From assembly GCA_003156975.1 (NCBI GenBank), contig PMIE01000043.1, forward strand, positions 26,618 through 90,617: a stretch of 64,000 nucleotides of DNA. The letters are read 5' to 3'. The translations under genes were made by a program, and so were the position numbers. Position 1 is the first letter of the stretch. Every line of letters starts with the position of its first letter. The stretch comes from Chloroflexota bacterium (lineage in GTDB: Bacteria > Chloroflexota > Limnocylindria > Limnocylindrales > CSP1-4). Shown piece after piece: positions 10,437-19,933 of this stretch. Below the pieces are notes generated by a model. It was not told where the DNA came from, did not search any database, and worked only from the letters and a program-made list of their open reading frames with translations.

Positions 10437-11579
10437 TTCGCCTACCACCCCAGGTCCGGCGGGTATAGCAGCAGTTCGATAGCCCGCAGGCGATCCCGAA
10501 TCGGCGGGTCGGCGTCGCGAAGGCAGGCGTTCAGCGTCTCCCATGCGAGGGCGAAGTCGTTGTGCTGCAGATACTCGTTCGTCTCGCAGACGCAATCCTC
10601 GGACAGGCGCACGTTTGCGATCAGCGACCGCATCTCCTCGTCGAGCTGAACCCAGAGATCGAGCTGCTCCTGGGTGGTCACCTGGGCATCCTTGGAGAGG
10701 GCCCGAACACCGGGCGAGGCACGGGCGACTTGACGTTGCGCATGCGCGTGAGGCTACAGCCGAATGCGCACCACGAGGGGTTGCGCACTTAACGATCATC
10801 GGCTGATGAGACGAGCGCCACGATGTGCCTGTCGAAGAGATGTCTGGACCGACCGGACGACGTGGGGGCTGCGCCGTTTCCGCGCTGGCAACCGACACGC
10901 GGTCCAACGGTTGGGCCGACCCTTCCGACTTGAAGAAGTCGGTCGGCAGAGCCACGCCCGTGGCGTTGTTCGGGCAATAGCCGTCCGGGTTCTTGTCGAG
11001 ATACTGCTGGTGGTATGCCTCGGCGAAGTAGAACTCGGAAGCGGGGCCGATTTCGGTGGTGATCTCGCCCTTGCCGGCGGCCGTAAGCCGCTCCTGGAAC
11101 ATGTCGCGCGACGCCTCGGCTTCGCGCTGCTGCGCTTCGCCGTGGGTCAGGATCGCGGAGCGGTACTGCGTGCCCTGGTCGCCGCCCTGGCGCATGCTCT
11201 GCGTCGGGTCATGCTCTTCCCAGAACAGCCTTAGCAGCTCGCCGTAGGAGATCAACTCTGGGTCGAAGACGACACGGACGACCTCGATGTGGCCGGTGCG
11301 GCCGGTGCAGACCTCTTCGTACGTGGGGTTCGGCGTCCCGCCCCCAGCGTAGCCGACCGCCGTCGTGACCACGCCCGGGAGGCTCCAGAACAGCCTTTCG
11401 GCGCCCCAGAAGCAGCCCATTCCGAACTCGGCGATTTCGGTGCCGTCGGGGTACGGCGGTCGAAGCGAGGCGCCGTTGACGGCGTGTTTGGCCGGCACCG
11501 GCATTTCCGTCGCGCGGCCCGGCAGGACTTCATTCGGAGATGGCATCTTGAGCTTGTGGGGGTCGACGAACCAGTTCAT
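10350..11579 (-). CDS. msrA: peptide-methionine (S)-S-oxide reductase MsrA (ORF carries an anomalous ~190-aa low-complexity C-terminal extension)
   Basis: The MsrA core spans residues ~45-212 ([10 protein letters not shown]...[13 protein letters not shown]). After that the reading frame continues without a stop through R/A/S/P-rich sequence down to 10350. The true 3' end is uncertain. Confidence 0.7.
   Translation of the reverse strand: MNWFVDPHKLKMPSPNEVLPGRATEMPVPAKHAVNGASLRPPYPDGTEIAEFGMGCFWGAERLFWSLPGVVTTAVGYAGGGTPNPTYEEVCTGRTGHIEVVRVVFDPELISYGELLRLFWEEHDPTQSMRQGGDQGTQYRSAILTHGEAQQREAEASRDMFQERLTAAGKGEITTEIGPASEFYFAEAYHQQYLDKNPDGYCPNNATGVALPTDFFKSEGSAQPLDRVSVASAETAQPPRRPVGPDISSTGTSWRSSHQPMIVKCATPRGAHSAVASRACATSSRPCLARCSGPLQGCPGDHPGAARSLGSARRGDAVADRKRAPVRGLRLRDERVSAAQRLRPRMGDAERLPSRRRPADSGSPAGYRTAAIPAGPGVVGELLCGDQNRRLRDDLNRHEILHQLAEQDV
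10442..10681 (-). CDS. small acidic helical protein (79 aa), function unknown (immunity/antitoxin-like?)
   Basis: [54 protein letters not shown]... shows clean coding-like codon usage with G/C at third positions. It lies entirely inside the 3' extension of the msrA ORF but in another frame. Confidence 0.45.
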   Translation of the reverse strand: MTTQEQLDLWVQLDEEMRSLIANVRLSEDCVCETNEYLQHNDFALAWETLNACLRDADPPIRDRLRAIELLLYPPDLGW

Positions 11580-11672
11580 ATGCCGAGTCTACGCCGGCCT
11601 CCGGCGCCCGTCCGCTCCCCCTCCGGGCGGGCCGCAGGGCGAACCGTGAAGAGCCCAACCTACAATCGGACG

Positions 11673-12353
11673 ATGACGCCCGAACGTTCGCGCTGTCTCG
11701 AAGTGCTGGCCGAACTGGTGCTGCAGCTGCGGCGACCGCACCCGATCCGCGTCGCCATCGACGGTCCCGACGCGGCCGGCAAGACCATCCTCGCCGACGA
11801 ACTGGCTCCGCTGCTGGAGCGCTCCGGACGGCCGGTCATTCGCGCGTCGATCGACGACTTCCACCGGCCGCAGGCCGAGCGGCTGGCGCGCGGCGCCGAG
11901 TCCCCGGAGGGCTACTTCCACGACTCGTTCGACTACCCGGCCCTGCGAGCTGCGCTTCTCGACCCGCTTGGCCCAGGCGGCGACCGTCAGTACCGTCGTC
12001 GAGTCTTCGACTTCGGGGCCGACGAGCCCGTCGCGGCGCCGGTCGAAGTGGCTCCATCCAACGCCGTGCTCGTGTTTGATGGGGTCTTCTTGCAGCGCGA
12101 CGAGCTGATCGACCTGTGGGACTTCAGTGCTTTCGTCTCGGCGCCGTTCGCCGAGACCCAGCGACGGGCCGCGGTGAGAGACGCGGTGCTCTTCGGGAGC
12201 GAGGACAAGACGCTGCACCGATATCGAGTGCGCTACGTCCCGGGCCAGCAGCTCTACTTCGGCCAGGTCCATCCGCTGGAGAAGGCCGACGTGGTCATCG
12301 ACAACGAGGATCCCGACCGGCCGCAGCTGCGATTGGGCGGAAGACGCGCCTGA
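11673..12353 (+). CDS. uridine kinase-like P-loop nucleoside/nucleotide kinase
   Basis: Walker A appears in RVAIDGPDAAGKTILADELA. The likely start is the ATG at 11673 or the GTG at 11646. The upstream part of ORF 11289.. overlaps msrA on the opposite strand and is rejected. Confidence 0.65.
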   Translation: MTPERSRCLEVLAELVLQLRRPHPIRVAIDGPDAAGKTILADELAPLLERSGRPVIRASIDDFHRPQAERLARGAESPEGYFHDSFDYPALRAALLDPLGPGGDRQYRRRVFDFGADEPVAAPVEVAPSNAVLVFDGVFLQRDELIDLWDFSAFVSAPFAETQRRAAVRDAVLFGSEDKTLHRYRVRYVPGQQLYFGQVHPLEKADVVIDNEDPDRPQLRLGGRRA

Positions 12354-12408
12354 CGCGCGTTCTCACCCGAAGTTGGACAGGCGCCGGGTTTGGGCTGACC
12401 ATGCCCCA

Positions 12409-13614
12409 ATGCGAAGGTCCATCCTCTTCCTCCTGCTCGCCGTCGCCCTTGCCGCGGCGGGGTGCGGTTCATCGGGGGCAGCGGCCACCCGAACCAGTTG
12501 GGCGCCGTCCTCTGGCGTTTCGGGCGCCGCCGCGGCTTTCCCGTCCGGCGCCTCGCCCGCGGCCTCGCCGGACAAGACCGTCTGGCTGTGCAGGCCGGGA
12601 CTGGCCAAGAACCCTTGCGCCGGAAGCCTCGATGCAACCGCGATCGACGCCGCCGGCAAGTCCACCGTGCAGCCGGCCACGCCGGCCGCCGACCCGCCCA
12701 TAGATTGCTTCTACGTCTACCCCACCGTCAGCAACCAGAAGACGGCCAACGCCAATCTCACGATCGACCCGCAAGAACGTTCCGTCGCGGTCGCGCAGGC
12801 CGCCCAGTTTTCGCAGGTGTGCCGGGTATACGCGCCGATGTATCCGCAGCTGACTCTGTCCGCCATCGCGACGCCCAGCAAGATCAACCTCCTATCCGCG
12901 CTGTCCGCCTACGTGGGTGTGGCTTCAGCCTTCGACGACTACATGGCTCACTACAACAACGGCCGGGGCATCGTGTTCATCGGGCACTCGCAAGGCGCGA
13001 TGATGCTGACTGCCCTGCTCACGGCCGACATCGACTCGAACCCTGCGGTCCGCCGATTGCTGGTGTCCGCTCTGCTCCTGGGCGGCAACATCCGGGTCCC
13101 GATCGGTGAGTCTGTCGGTGGCGACTTTGCCAACATTCCCGCTTGCGCTTCGAGTACCCAGACCGGCTGCGTCGTGGCCTATTCGAGTTTCGCCAGGACA
13201 CCTCCGGCCAACGCGCTATTCGGTCGGGTCGCCACCGCGATCAACGTGTTCGGCGCGAAATCGACAGTGCCGCTCCAGATCCTTTGCGTGAACCCGGCCG
13301 CTCCCGGCGGGGGAACTGGGACGCTGCAGCCCTACCTCCCAACTGACGGGCTTGCCTCCTTCCTTGGGAATAGCGCCCCCAAACCGCTACCCAAGACGCC
13401 ATTTGTGACGTGGCCCAATCAGTACACGGCCCACTGCGTCACGTCTGGCGGGGCGACGTGGCTACAGATCGACCACACTTCCGGCGGGGTGGATCTGCGA
13501 GGCAAGGTAGCCGCGGTGGAAGCGGCGACCTGGGGCCTGCACTTGATGGACGTGAACTTCGCGCTCGGCAACCTGGTCGATCTCGTCCGTTCGGAGTCGG
13601 CCGCGTTCCACTGA
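12409..13614 (+). CDS. DUF3089-like lipoprotein (alpha/beta-hydrolase fold)
   Basis: MRRSILFLLLAVALAAAGCGSS is a lipoprotein signal with a LAAAGC lipobox. The motifs GIVFIGHSQGAMML and CFYVYPT match DUF3089 architecture. Confidence 0.7.
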   Translation: MRRSILFLLLAVALAAAGCGSSGAAATRTSWAPSSGVSGAAAAFPSGASPAASPDKTVWLCRPGLAKNPCAGSLDATAIDAAGKSTVQPATPAADPPIDCFYVYPTVSNQKTANANLTIDPQERSVAVAQAAQFSQVCRVYAPMYPQLTLSAIATPSKINLLSALSAYVGVASAFDDYMAHYNNGRGIVFIGHSQGAMMLTALLTADIDSNPAVRRLLVSALLLGGNIRVPIGESVGGDFANIPACASSTQTGCVVAYSSFARTPPANALFGRVATAINVFGAKSTVPLQILCVNPAAPGGGTGTLQPYLPTDGLASFLGNSAPKPLPKTPFVTWPNQYTAHCVTSGGATWLQIDHTSGGVDLRGKVAAVEAATWGLHLMDVNFALGNLVDLVRSESAAFH

Positions 13615-13659
13615 GTCAGAACGGATTCTCCCGGTGGCGCCGCCCCGGCGCCGCGTGCC

Positions 13660-15204
13660 TCAGGATGGCCCGCTCTGGCGGAGGCGTGTGATCACCGCCG
13701 GTAGCCAGCGATCCAGGTAGGCGGCGTCGTACCGGGCCCGAATGGTGGCCGGCGCGGTGACGCGATCGAACGGCGACGCATCGACCAGCGCACTCGCCAC
13801 AGACTCGTAGGCACCGCAGGCGATGCCCGCAACCAGCGCCGCACCCAGCGCGGCCGCCTCTTCGGTCCGTACGACTTCCAACCGGCCGGGGCCGAGGGCT
13901 GCCTTTGCCACCATCCAACGCCGATTGCGCGCCCCGCCGCCGGTCAGCTTCACACGGTCGAGCGGCGTGACGGTGATGCGGGCGAGCTCATCGAGCATCC
14001 AGCGGACGTGATACGCGGCGCCATCGATAACCGCCGCGGCCAGATCCACCAGGCCGTGGGTCTCGCGGATCCCCTCGAACTCCAGAGTCGCCGAAGGATC
14101 GCGGTGCGGAGCGGTCCGGCCTCGCAGATACGGTCGAACGATCGGCTCGACCGGACCGGGCCCGGCCTTCTCCAGAAGCTCGAGAAACCGCGCATAACGG
14201 TCGACTACATCGGTCGTGGCCGGCATGAACGTGTCGAGGAACCACTCCACCAGGGCCCCGGACGATTGCAGCCCGCCCACCACATACGCGAGCCCATCGA
14301 CGGCATGGCAACCGGTGGAGAAGCCGGCGCGGCGGACATCCTCGGTGAGTTGCGGGCGCTTGGTCACCAGGAGTGTCGCCTCGGCGCTGCCCATCGAGTC
14401 GAGGGCGTCGCCCGGCTTGACTACCCCCGCACCGAGCGCCCCCGCCAGATGATCCTGTCCGGCGATCGCCACCGGCGTGCCACTCGGCAACCCCAGCCTC
14501 GCGGCAGCCGCCGCGGTCAGTCCGCCCGCAGCCTGGCCGAGTGGCAGAACCACGGGCATCTCGTCGGGCACGAGACTTGCCAGACCGAGCAGCTCCGGAT
14601 CCCAGACTCGCTTCGTGACGTCGAAGGCGAGGGTGCGGCATGCCAGCGACGCATTCGTGGCCAGCTGGCCGGTGAGGTCCAGGGCTACCAATTCGGCCAC
14701 TCCCGCCCAGCGGCGGAGCCGGGTGAAATCGGCGGCTCGCTGCTCGCGCAGCCATAGCAGCTTGGGCAGCGTGTACTTGGGCTCCGGCCTCAACCCCGTC
14801 CGGGCGAAGAGCTCCGGCGCCCCGATCTGGCGCTCCAGCCACGCCGCCTGGCGCTCCGGGCGCGGGTCGTACCAGGCCAGAATGTGGCCGACGGGCAGGT
14901 TTCGACGATCGATGGGGACGCCGGACTCGGACATGCTGGCGATGCCGATCGCCGCCGGCTTGTTGCGGGCGCCGGCCGCGGCTACGCATTCGGCGATGGC
15001 CGAGCTCACGGCCGCGAGCAGCTCGGCGGGCCGATGGTATGCGCCGCCGCCGCGAACCACGTGTGTGTCCGTGGCGCGCCGGGCGACGTGGAGCACGCCG
15101 GTCCCGGGGCCACTCCCCGGGGCCACGAGCGCGGCCTTGATGTGCGTCGAGCCGACATCGACACCGATCAGCGTGCGGGTAGCGGCGGACTTATGGGCGG
15201 GCAT
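13660..15204 (-). CDS. FGGY-family carbohydrate kinase (xylulokinase/gluconokinase-like)
   Basis: Starting at the ATG at 15204 the protein reads LIGVDVGSTHIKAALV, then the FGGY N- and C-domains follow (VAIAGQDHLAGALGAG, LTGGGARNRRWMV). Confidence 0.8.
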   Translation of the reverse strand: MPAHKSAATRTLIGVDVGSTHIKAALVAPGSGPGTGVLHVARRATDTHVVRGGGAYHRPAELLAAVSSAIAECVAAAGARNKPAAIGIASMSESGVPIDRRNLPVGHILAWYDPRPERQAAWLERQIGAPELFARTGLRPEPKYTLPKLLWLREQRAADFTRLRRWAGVAELVALDLTGQLATNASLACRTLAFDVTKRVWDPELLGLASLVPDEMPVVLPLGQAAGGLTAAAAARLGLPSGTPVAIAGQDHLAGALGAGVVKPGDALDSMGSAEATLLVTKRPQLTEDVRRAGFSTGCHAVDGLAYVVGGLQSSGALVEWFLDTFMPATTDVVDRYARFLELLEKAGPGPVEPIVRPYLRGRTAPHRDPSATLEFEGIRETHGLVDLAAAVIDGAAYHVRWMLDELARITVTPLDRVKLTGGGARNRRWMVAKAALGPGRLEVVRTEEAAALGAALVAGIACGAYESVASALVDASPFDRVTAPATIRARYDAAYLDRWLPAVITRLRQSGPS

Positions 15205-15351
15205 TCGCCAATCATGGCGCAGCCGGGCGGATGCCGTGGGCGGGTCGTGCCACCTACCTCGCCCTCGAGAGCCTCCGGTCGGGTCGACACAGCCTCCCCG
15301 GGGAGTACGATTCATTGGAACTCCGACGCGGAGCCCGCGACAGAGGTGACC

Positions 15352-16227
15352 ATGACCGACCGAAGTGAGGGACTACCGCTCGAGGCGCTGTGGGAGGCGC
15401 CTGAACGGCCGTTTGATCTGGTCGATCGCCGCGGCGGGGCCATGCCGGCCGCATTGGCCGAGCGGTTCCCCGGCGAGTTGACCATCGACCTCGGTCGCGA
15501 GCGCCCAACGATTGTGGCCAATTTCGTTTCGAGCGTGGACGGTGTCGTGGCGCTCGGCCCCGGAAAACCGAACGCCGGCGGCGGCGAGATCAGCGGTTTC
15601 TCCGATGCCGACCGATACATGATGGCCTTGCTGCGTGCGCTGGCCGACGTGGTGGTCATCGGTGCCGGCACAATGCGGGTGGGCCGTCGGCAGGTCTGGA
15701 CCGCGGCGCATATCCAGCCCGCCCTGGCCGGCGCCATCGCGGCATGGCGGGCCGAAATGTGGCTTACCGACAATCCAATCACGATCGTGGTAAGCGCAAG
15801 CGGCAACCTGGACCCAGCGCACGCCGGGTTCAACGCTCCGGACGTACCGGTCATCGTGGCCACCACTTCTGCCGGGGCGGAGCGGATGGCCAACTTGCCG
15901 TTCGGGCCAAACGTCCGGATCGCGACCGTCGGCAACGAGACGCACGTCCCGGCCGGCGCTCTACTCGAGGTAATCCGCGGAACCGGCGCCAGGCTCGCCC
16001 TGTGCGAAGGCGGGCCGCATCTCTTTGGCGAGATCCTGCGGGCCCGCCTTGTCGATGAGCTCTTCCTGACCGTTGCTCCGCAGGTGATTGGCCGAGACAG
16101 TTCCACGCATCGCCTCGGCCTGGTGGAAGGCACAGTCTTCGGCGAGGGCCGGGGCCGGTGGGCCAGCCTCTCCTCGATCCGCCGCGCCGGCGACGACCTC
16201 TTCCTGAGGTACCGATTCGAGCCGTAG
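15352..16227 (+). CDS. dihydrofolate reductase family protein (RibD C-terminal domain)
   Basis: The ATG at 15352 follows GAGG. The protein reads IVANFVSSVDGVVALGPGK...LADVVVIGAGTMRV...RLALCEGGPHLFGEILRARLVDELFLTVAPQVIG. Confidence 0.7.
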   Translation: MTDRSEGLPLEALWEAPERPFDLVDRRGGAMPAALAERFPGELTIDLGRERPTIVANFVSSVDGVVALGPGKPNAGGGEISGFSDADRYMMALLRALADVVVIGAGTMRVGRRQVWTAAHIQPALAGAIAAWRAEMWLTDNPITIVVSASGNLDPAHAGFNAPDVPVIVATTSAGAERMANLPFGPNVRIATVGNETHVPAGALLEVIRGTGARLALCEGGPHLFGEILRARLVDELFLTVAPQVIGRDSSTHRLGLVEGTVFGEGRGRWASLSSIRRAGDDLFLRYRFEP

Positions 16228-16471
16228 AGACGGCTGGGCCCCCTTCCCCAGCCGGCGGTTCTCGTTTCGTGCGGCCGGGCCGGCGAGAGACCGCCACGGG
16301 CTGCCACTCGTCCCACGGCAACCGGGCCACGCGCCCGGCTGCGCTGTGACAACCATTCCGCGTTTCGTGTCGTTCGGATCACCGCCTCTTGCCCCGTGGG
16401 CCTTAACATGTAGAGGTCGATAGAAACCCGCGGCCGCTCCTTCGGCTGCGCCCTCACCACGGAAGGCACGC

Positions 16472-17674
16472 ATGAGTCGAACCCCGCGCATCGGCATCCT
16501 CACCGGCGGCGGCGACGTCCCCGGCCTCAACGCCGTTATCAAGAGCGTCGTCTACCGCGCAACAGAGCTTGGCTATGAGGTCTACGGCATCCGGCGTGGG
16601 TGGGAAGGCCTGACCCACATGAAGCCGGGCCCGGGCCTGGACACCGACTACATCATCCCGCTCGATCGGACCAACACCCGCTCCATCGACCGGACCGGCG
16701 GAACCTGGCTGCACACCTCCCGGACCAACGCCCGCAAGATGAAGGCCGGCAAGACGCCGGCGCACATCGGGCCGGATCGGCTCAAGCAGCTGGAAACCTC
16801 GCCCGGCGTCTACAACTTCACGCCGGTCGTTCTCGAGAACATCGAGAAGCTCGGCCTTGACTACCTCGTCCCGATCGGTGGCGACGACACCCTGAGCTTC
16901 AGCCAGGTTCTGGCCGACAAGGGCGTCAAGCTCGTGGCCGTTCCCAAGACGATGGACAACGATGTCCAGGGCACCGAGTACTGCATCGGTTTCTCGACCG
17001 CCATCACGCGGGCAAAGGAAGCGATCAACCGCCAGCGGACTACCCTCGGCTCGCACGAGCGCATCGGGGTCTTCCGCATTTTCGGCCGTGACGCCGGCTT
17101 CACCGCGCTCTACACGGCCTACGTCACCAGCGGCCGCTGCCTGATCCCCGAATACCAGTTCGACCTGGACCATCTGGTCGAGCTGCTCGTCGAGGACAAG
17201 AAGAACAACCCCAGCAAGTACTCCTTCGCCATCGCGGCCGAAGGCGCAATCTGGAAGGGCGGCGAGCTGACCGAATATGGCCCGGCCGACGCCTTCGGCC
17301 ACAAGCACAAGGCCAACATTGCCGAAGTGCTCGCGTCCGAGATCCAGTCTCGCTCAGGCCAGGAGACGCTTGCCAGCGAGCTGACCTACGACCTTCGATC
17401 GGGCGATCCCGACGCGGTCGACTCCATCGTGGGCATCACCTTCGCCAACGTGGCGATGAACCTCATCGCCGACGGAATCAGCGGCCGGATGGTCGCCATT
17501 CGTGGCGGCAAGTACAGCCACTCGCCGCTGCCGAACCCGGATCAGGGACCCCGCTCGATCGACATCCCGGCGATGTACAACACCGATCGCTATCGCCCCA
17601 TCTACACGAACCGCATGGGGTTGCCGCTCTTGCTCGGTATCCCGGTGGACGAGGATCCGTCCCTCATCAAGTAG
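16472..17674 (+). CDS. pfp: pyrophosphate-dependent 6-phosphofructokinase
   Basis: IGILTGGGDVPGLNAVI...PIGGDDTLS, where GGDD in place of GGDG is the PPi-PFK signature. The sequence continues MDNDVQGTEYCIGFSTA. Length is 400 aa. Confidence 0.9.
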   Translation: MSRTPRIGILTGGGDVPGLNAVIKSVVYRATELGYEVYGIRRGWEGLTHMKPGPGLDTDYIIPLDRTNTRSIDRTGGTWLHTSRTNARKMKAGKTPAHIGPDRLKQLETSPGVYNFTPVVLENIEKLGLDYLVPIGGDDTLSFSQVLADKGVKLVAVPKTMDNDVQGTEYCIGFSTAITRAKEAINRQRTTLGSHERIGVFRIFGRDAGFTALYTAYVTSGRCLIPEYQFDLDHLVELLVEDKKNNPSKYSFAIAAEGAIWKGGELTEYGPADAFGHKHKANIAEVLASEIQSRSGQETLASELTYDLRSGDPDAVDSIVGITFANVAMNLIADGISGRMVAIRGGKYSHSPLPNPDQGPRSIDIPAMYNTDRYRPIYTNRMGLPLLLGIPVDEDPSLIK

Positions 17675-17697
17675 CTGATCTCCAGCCGCAGACTCGA

Positions 17698-17726
17698 AGG
17701 CCCCGGCTTTCGCCGGGGCCTTCTAT
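17698..17726 (+). terminator. intrinsic terminator downstream of pfp
   Basis: ggccccggc-tttc-gccggggcc forms a 9-bp GC stem followed by ttctatcatt. Confidence 0.5.
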
Positions 17727-17804
17727 CATTACCAGAACGAAACCAGAACGAGCGTCACGGGACGCACGTTTGACAAGGAAGGGTGGGCAAGGCACGGTTC
17801 ACAA

Positions 17805-19070
17805 GTGACGACTACACCAACTCCGGCGCCCCTGATCAACGGCCGTGACTTGTTACGCGACAATGGCCTGCCCGTCGAGGGGCCGATCCTGTGGGGTCGG
17901 CCGGTTACAGGCAGCGCTCCGGGCGTCTTCATCGTCGAGTTGCCCGCCCCACAACCCAAGGTCTCGATAGACCCGGATGCGATCCGCGAATGGCTGGGCC
18001 TCGCGCCGGGCCTCCGCCTCGATGGCAAGCGCCCCACTGTCGGCGAGTTGCAGACGCGGCTCGCGTCGTTCTGGCTGCCGAGCCAGGCCATCGTCTTCAT
18101 CGGCTCCAGCCAGAAATCGGTAGGGGCTCGCCTTGCCGGCATGTACAAGACCCCTCTCGGTGAGCGACGCCCGCAGCCGACCGGCTACTGGCTGAAGACC
18201 CTCCGCGACATCAACAAAGCCCGCATCTGGTGGGCCCCCGCATCGGACCCGGAGTTGTACGAAGACACCCTGCTCGAGGCCTTCATCAAGGCCGCCGGGG
18301 CTCTGCCGTATGGGGTTCTGGTCAGGCCGGGCGGCCAGGGCCGTGACCACGGTTTGACTGCGCCACTCCACGACGACGAGGCCGTTGCGCGGGCCAAGGT
18401 CAGGAAGGTCACACAGCTGGCGGACGCCAACGAAGAAGAGATGGCTGCGAGCATGTACCGCAGCGGCGCCAGACCACCGGTCCGCGTCAAGAAGACGACG
18501 CCGCGCAAGGTCGCCAAGCTCCCCCCCGCAACAACGGGACCATCCGCCATCGAGACTGTGGTGATCCGCAAGTCGACCAGGACGATCAATACGGGCGGAG
18601 CGCCCATTGCGCCGATCCACCTGACCGCCGACGGCCTGGCCGCCCTCCACTTCGAGCTGGACGAGCTGACCAACCGCCGTCGGCCCGAGGTCATCCAGCG
18701 CATCAAGTCGGCTCGTGAACTCGGCGACCTCAGTGAGAACGCCGACTACGAAGCCGCGCGCAAGGAGCAGTCCTTCCTGGAAGGCCGGGTCCAGCAGCTC
18801 GAGCAGATGATCAAGTACGCGGTCATGATCGAGGCGAGCCACGAAGGTGGCAGCGAGGTTGTCCTCGGCTCCACGGTGGTCATCGAGACGGACCGCCACG
18901 GCGAAGAGACCTTCACGATCGTCGGATCCGCCGAAGCGGATGCCGCGGCCGGCAAGATCAGCTTCACATCGCCGATTGGCCGGGCCCTGCTTGGTCGGCA
19001 TCCGGGCGAGACGATCCGCGTTCAGGTTCCGTCCGGCTCGCTCGACTACAAGGTGGTCCGGGTCAAGTAG
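17805..19070 (+). CDS. greA: transcription elongation factor GreA fused to a ~260-aa uncharacterised N-terminal domain
   Basis: The C-terminal ~160 aa are unmistakably GreA (ELGDLSENADYEAARKEQSFLEGRVQQLEQ; ...GSEVVLGSTVVIETD...GKISFTSPIGRALLGRHPGETIRVQVPSG). There is no in-frame stop between the N-domain, the basic linker (VRVKKTTPRKVAKLPP) and the GreA core. A GTG start is at 17805. Confidence 0.75.
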   Translation: MTTTPTPAPLINGRDLLRDNGLPVEGPILWGRPVTGSAPGVFIVELPAPQPKVSIDPDAIREWLGLAPGLRLDGKRPTVGELQTRLASFWLPSQAIVFIGSSQKSVGARLAGMYKTPLGERRPQPTGYWLKTLRDINKARIWWAPASDPELYEDTLLEAFIKAAGALPYGVLVRPGGQGRDHGLTAPLHDDEAVARAKVRKVTQLADANEEEMAASMYRSGARPPVRVKKTTPRKVAKLPPATTGPSAIETVVIRKSTRTINTGGAPIAPIHLTADGLAALHFELDELTNRRRPEVIQRIKSARELGDLSENADYEAARKEQSFLEGRVQQLEQMIKYAVMIEASHEGGSEVVLGSTVVIETDRHGEETFTIVGSAEADAAAGKISFTSPIGRALLGRHPGETIRVQVPSGSLDYKVVRVK

Positions 19071-19186
19071 GACCCACGCCGTCGAGTGATTCGGCCTTCC
19101 GGATGCCCGGCGCCCTTCCCGCCTCTGGAGCGCGAGTTTCGCGGCGCGAAGCTTTCGCGCTGTGTCGGCGGGCTGCCAAACCGCGC

Positions 19187-19831
19187 TCAGCTACTGGGTG
19201 GAGTGGGCGGCGTGGGCGGCGTGGTCTGAGTCCAGGCATCGGCTGCGGCTCGATTTGAGCGCGCCCGTCCGGGCAGGAGATTCCACAGCACGATCACGAC
19301 GCCCAGGCCAACCGCCATGAGTGGCAGCCCATTGTGGAGCACCGTGTTCGAGTCGCCGCCGTCGATGTTCAGAACGTTCTCGAAGAACAACCCGAAACCG
19401 ATGAACAGCCCAAGCCCGGCCGCGGCAGCCTGAAGTCCCGATTCCAAAATGTCCCTGCGGCGGTGCAGCAAGCCCCAAAGGATCAGGGTCACCCCGACCG
19501 ATCCAGGCGCGACAAGCGCCCACAGGTATGCCCAGCTGGCGTACGCACCGGTGGCATTTTGGAAGGCGAGCACCAGCCCGACCGTCGTGAGGGTACCTCC
19601 GGGGATCGCCGCCCCGAGTCCGCCCTCGTAGGAAATGGCCAGACCCATGAGGAGCAGCAAGACTCCGGGCGCAATGACGAACATGGGCCAACCGTATCGC
19701 CCCATGTCGAAGCCGAACTGCTCGGTCGCCAGGAAGTAGATGCCTAGCAGTACCAGAAACAGGCCGACGACCAGAGTCCCGCGGTTCCTGTCACCGCTGT
19801 TGCTCCGGGGCTCCTGCCATCCGTAACTCAT
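19187..19831 (-). CDS. hypothetical polytopic membrane protein
   Basis: GGAGG lies 8 nt upstream of the ATG. Five to six hydrophobic helices are present, plus a C-terminal TPPTPPTPP tail. Confidence 0.65.
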   Translation of the reverse strand: MSYGWQEPRSNSGDRNRGTLVVGLFLVLLGIYFLATEQFGFDMGRYGWPMFVIAPGVLLLLMGLAISYEGGLGAAIPGGTLTTVGLVLAFQNATGAYASWAYLWALVAPGSVGVTLILWGLLHRRRDILESGLQAAAAGLGLFIGFGLFFENVLNIDGGDSNTVLHNGLPLMAVGLGVVIVLWNLLPGRARSNRAAADAWTQTTPPTPPTPPSS

Positions 19832-19933
19832 GGGTCCGCCTCCATGTCGCGCTGTGGACCAGATCAGTCTAGACAGGCTTCACGCCGCTGAGATCATCCT
19901 GCAGTCTGACTATCGGGCGGATCGAGCCATTCT

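Noticed and set aside
11289-11672. 5' extension of the uridine-kinase-like ORF
   Set aside because: It overlaps msrA on the opposite strand. The P-loop protein aligns from the ATG at 11673.
15312-16469. 385-aa ORF on the minus strand
   Set aside because: It is antisense to the RibD-C reductase gene, which has a clear RBS and domain. The antisense frame lacks both.
17805-18560. GIY-YIG nuclease assignment for the GreA N-terminal extension
   Set aside because: The GVF...FIG motifs are ~70 aa apart instead of ~10, and no conserved Arg/Glu pattern follows.
17853-19001. 382-aa ORF on the minus strand
   Set aside because: It is antisense to the GreA fusion gene.
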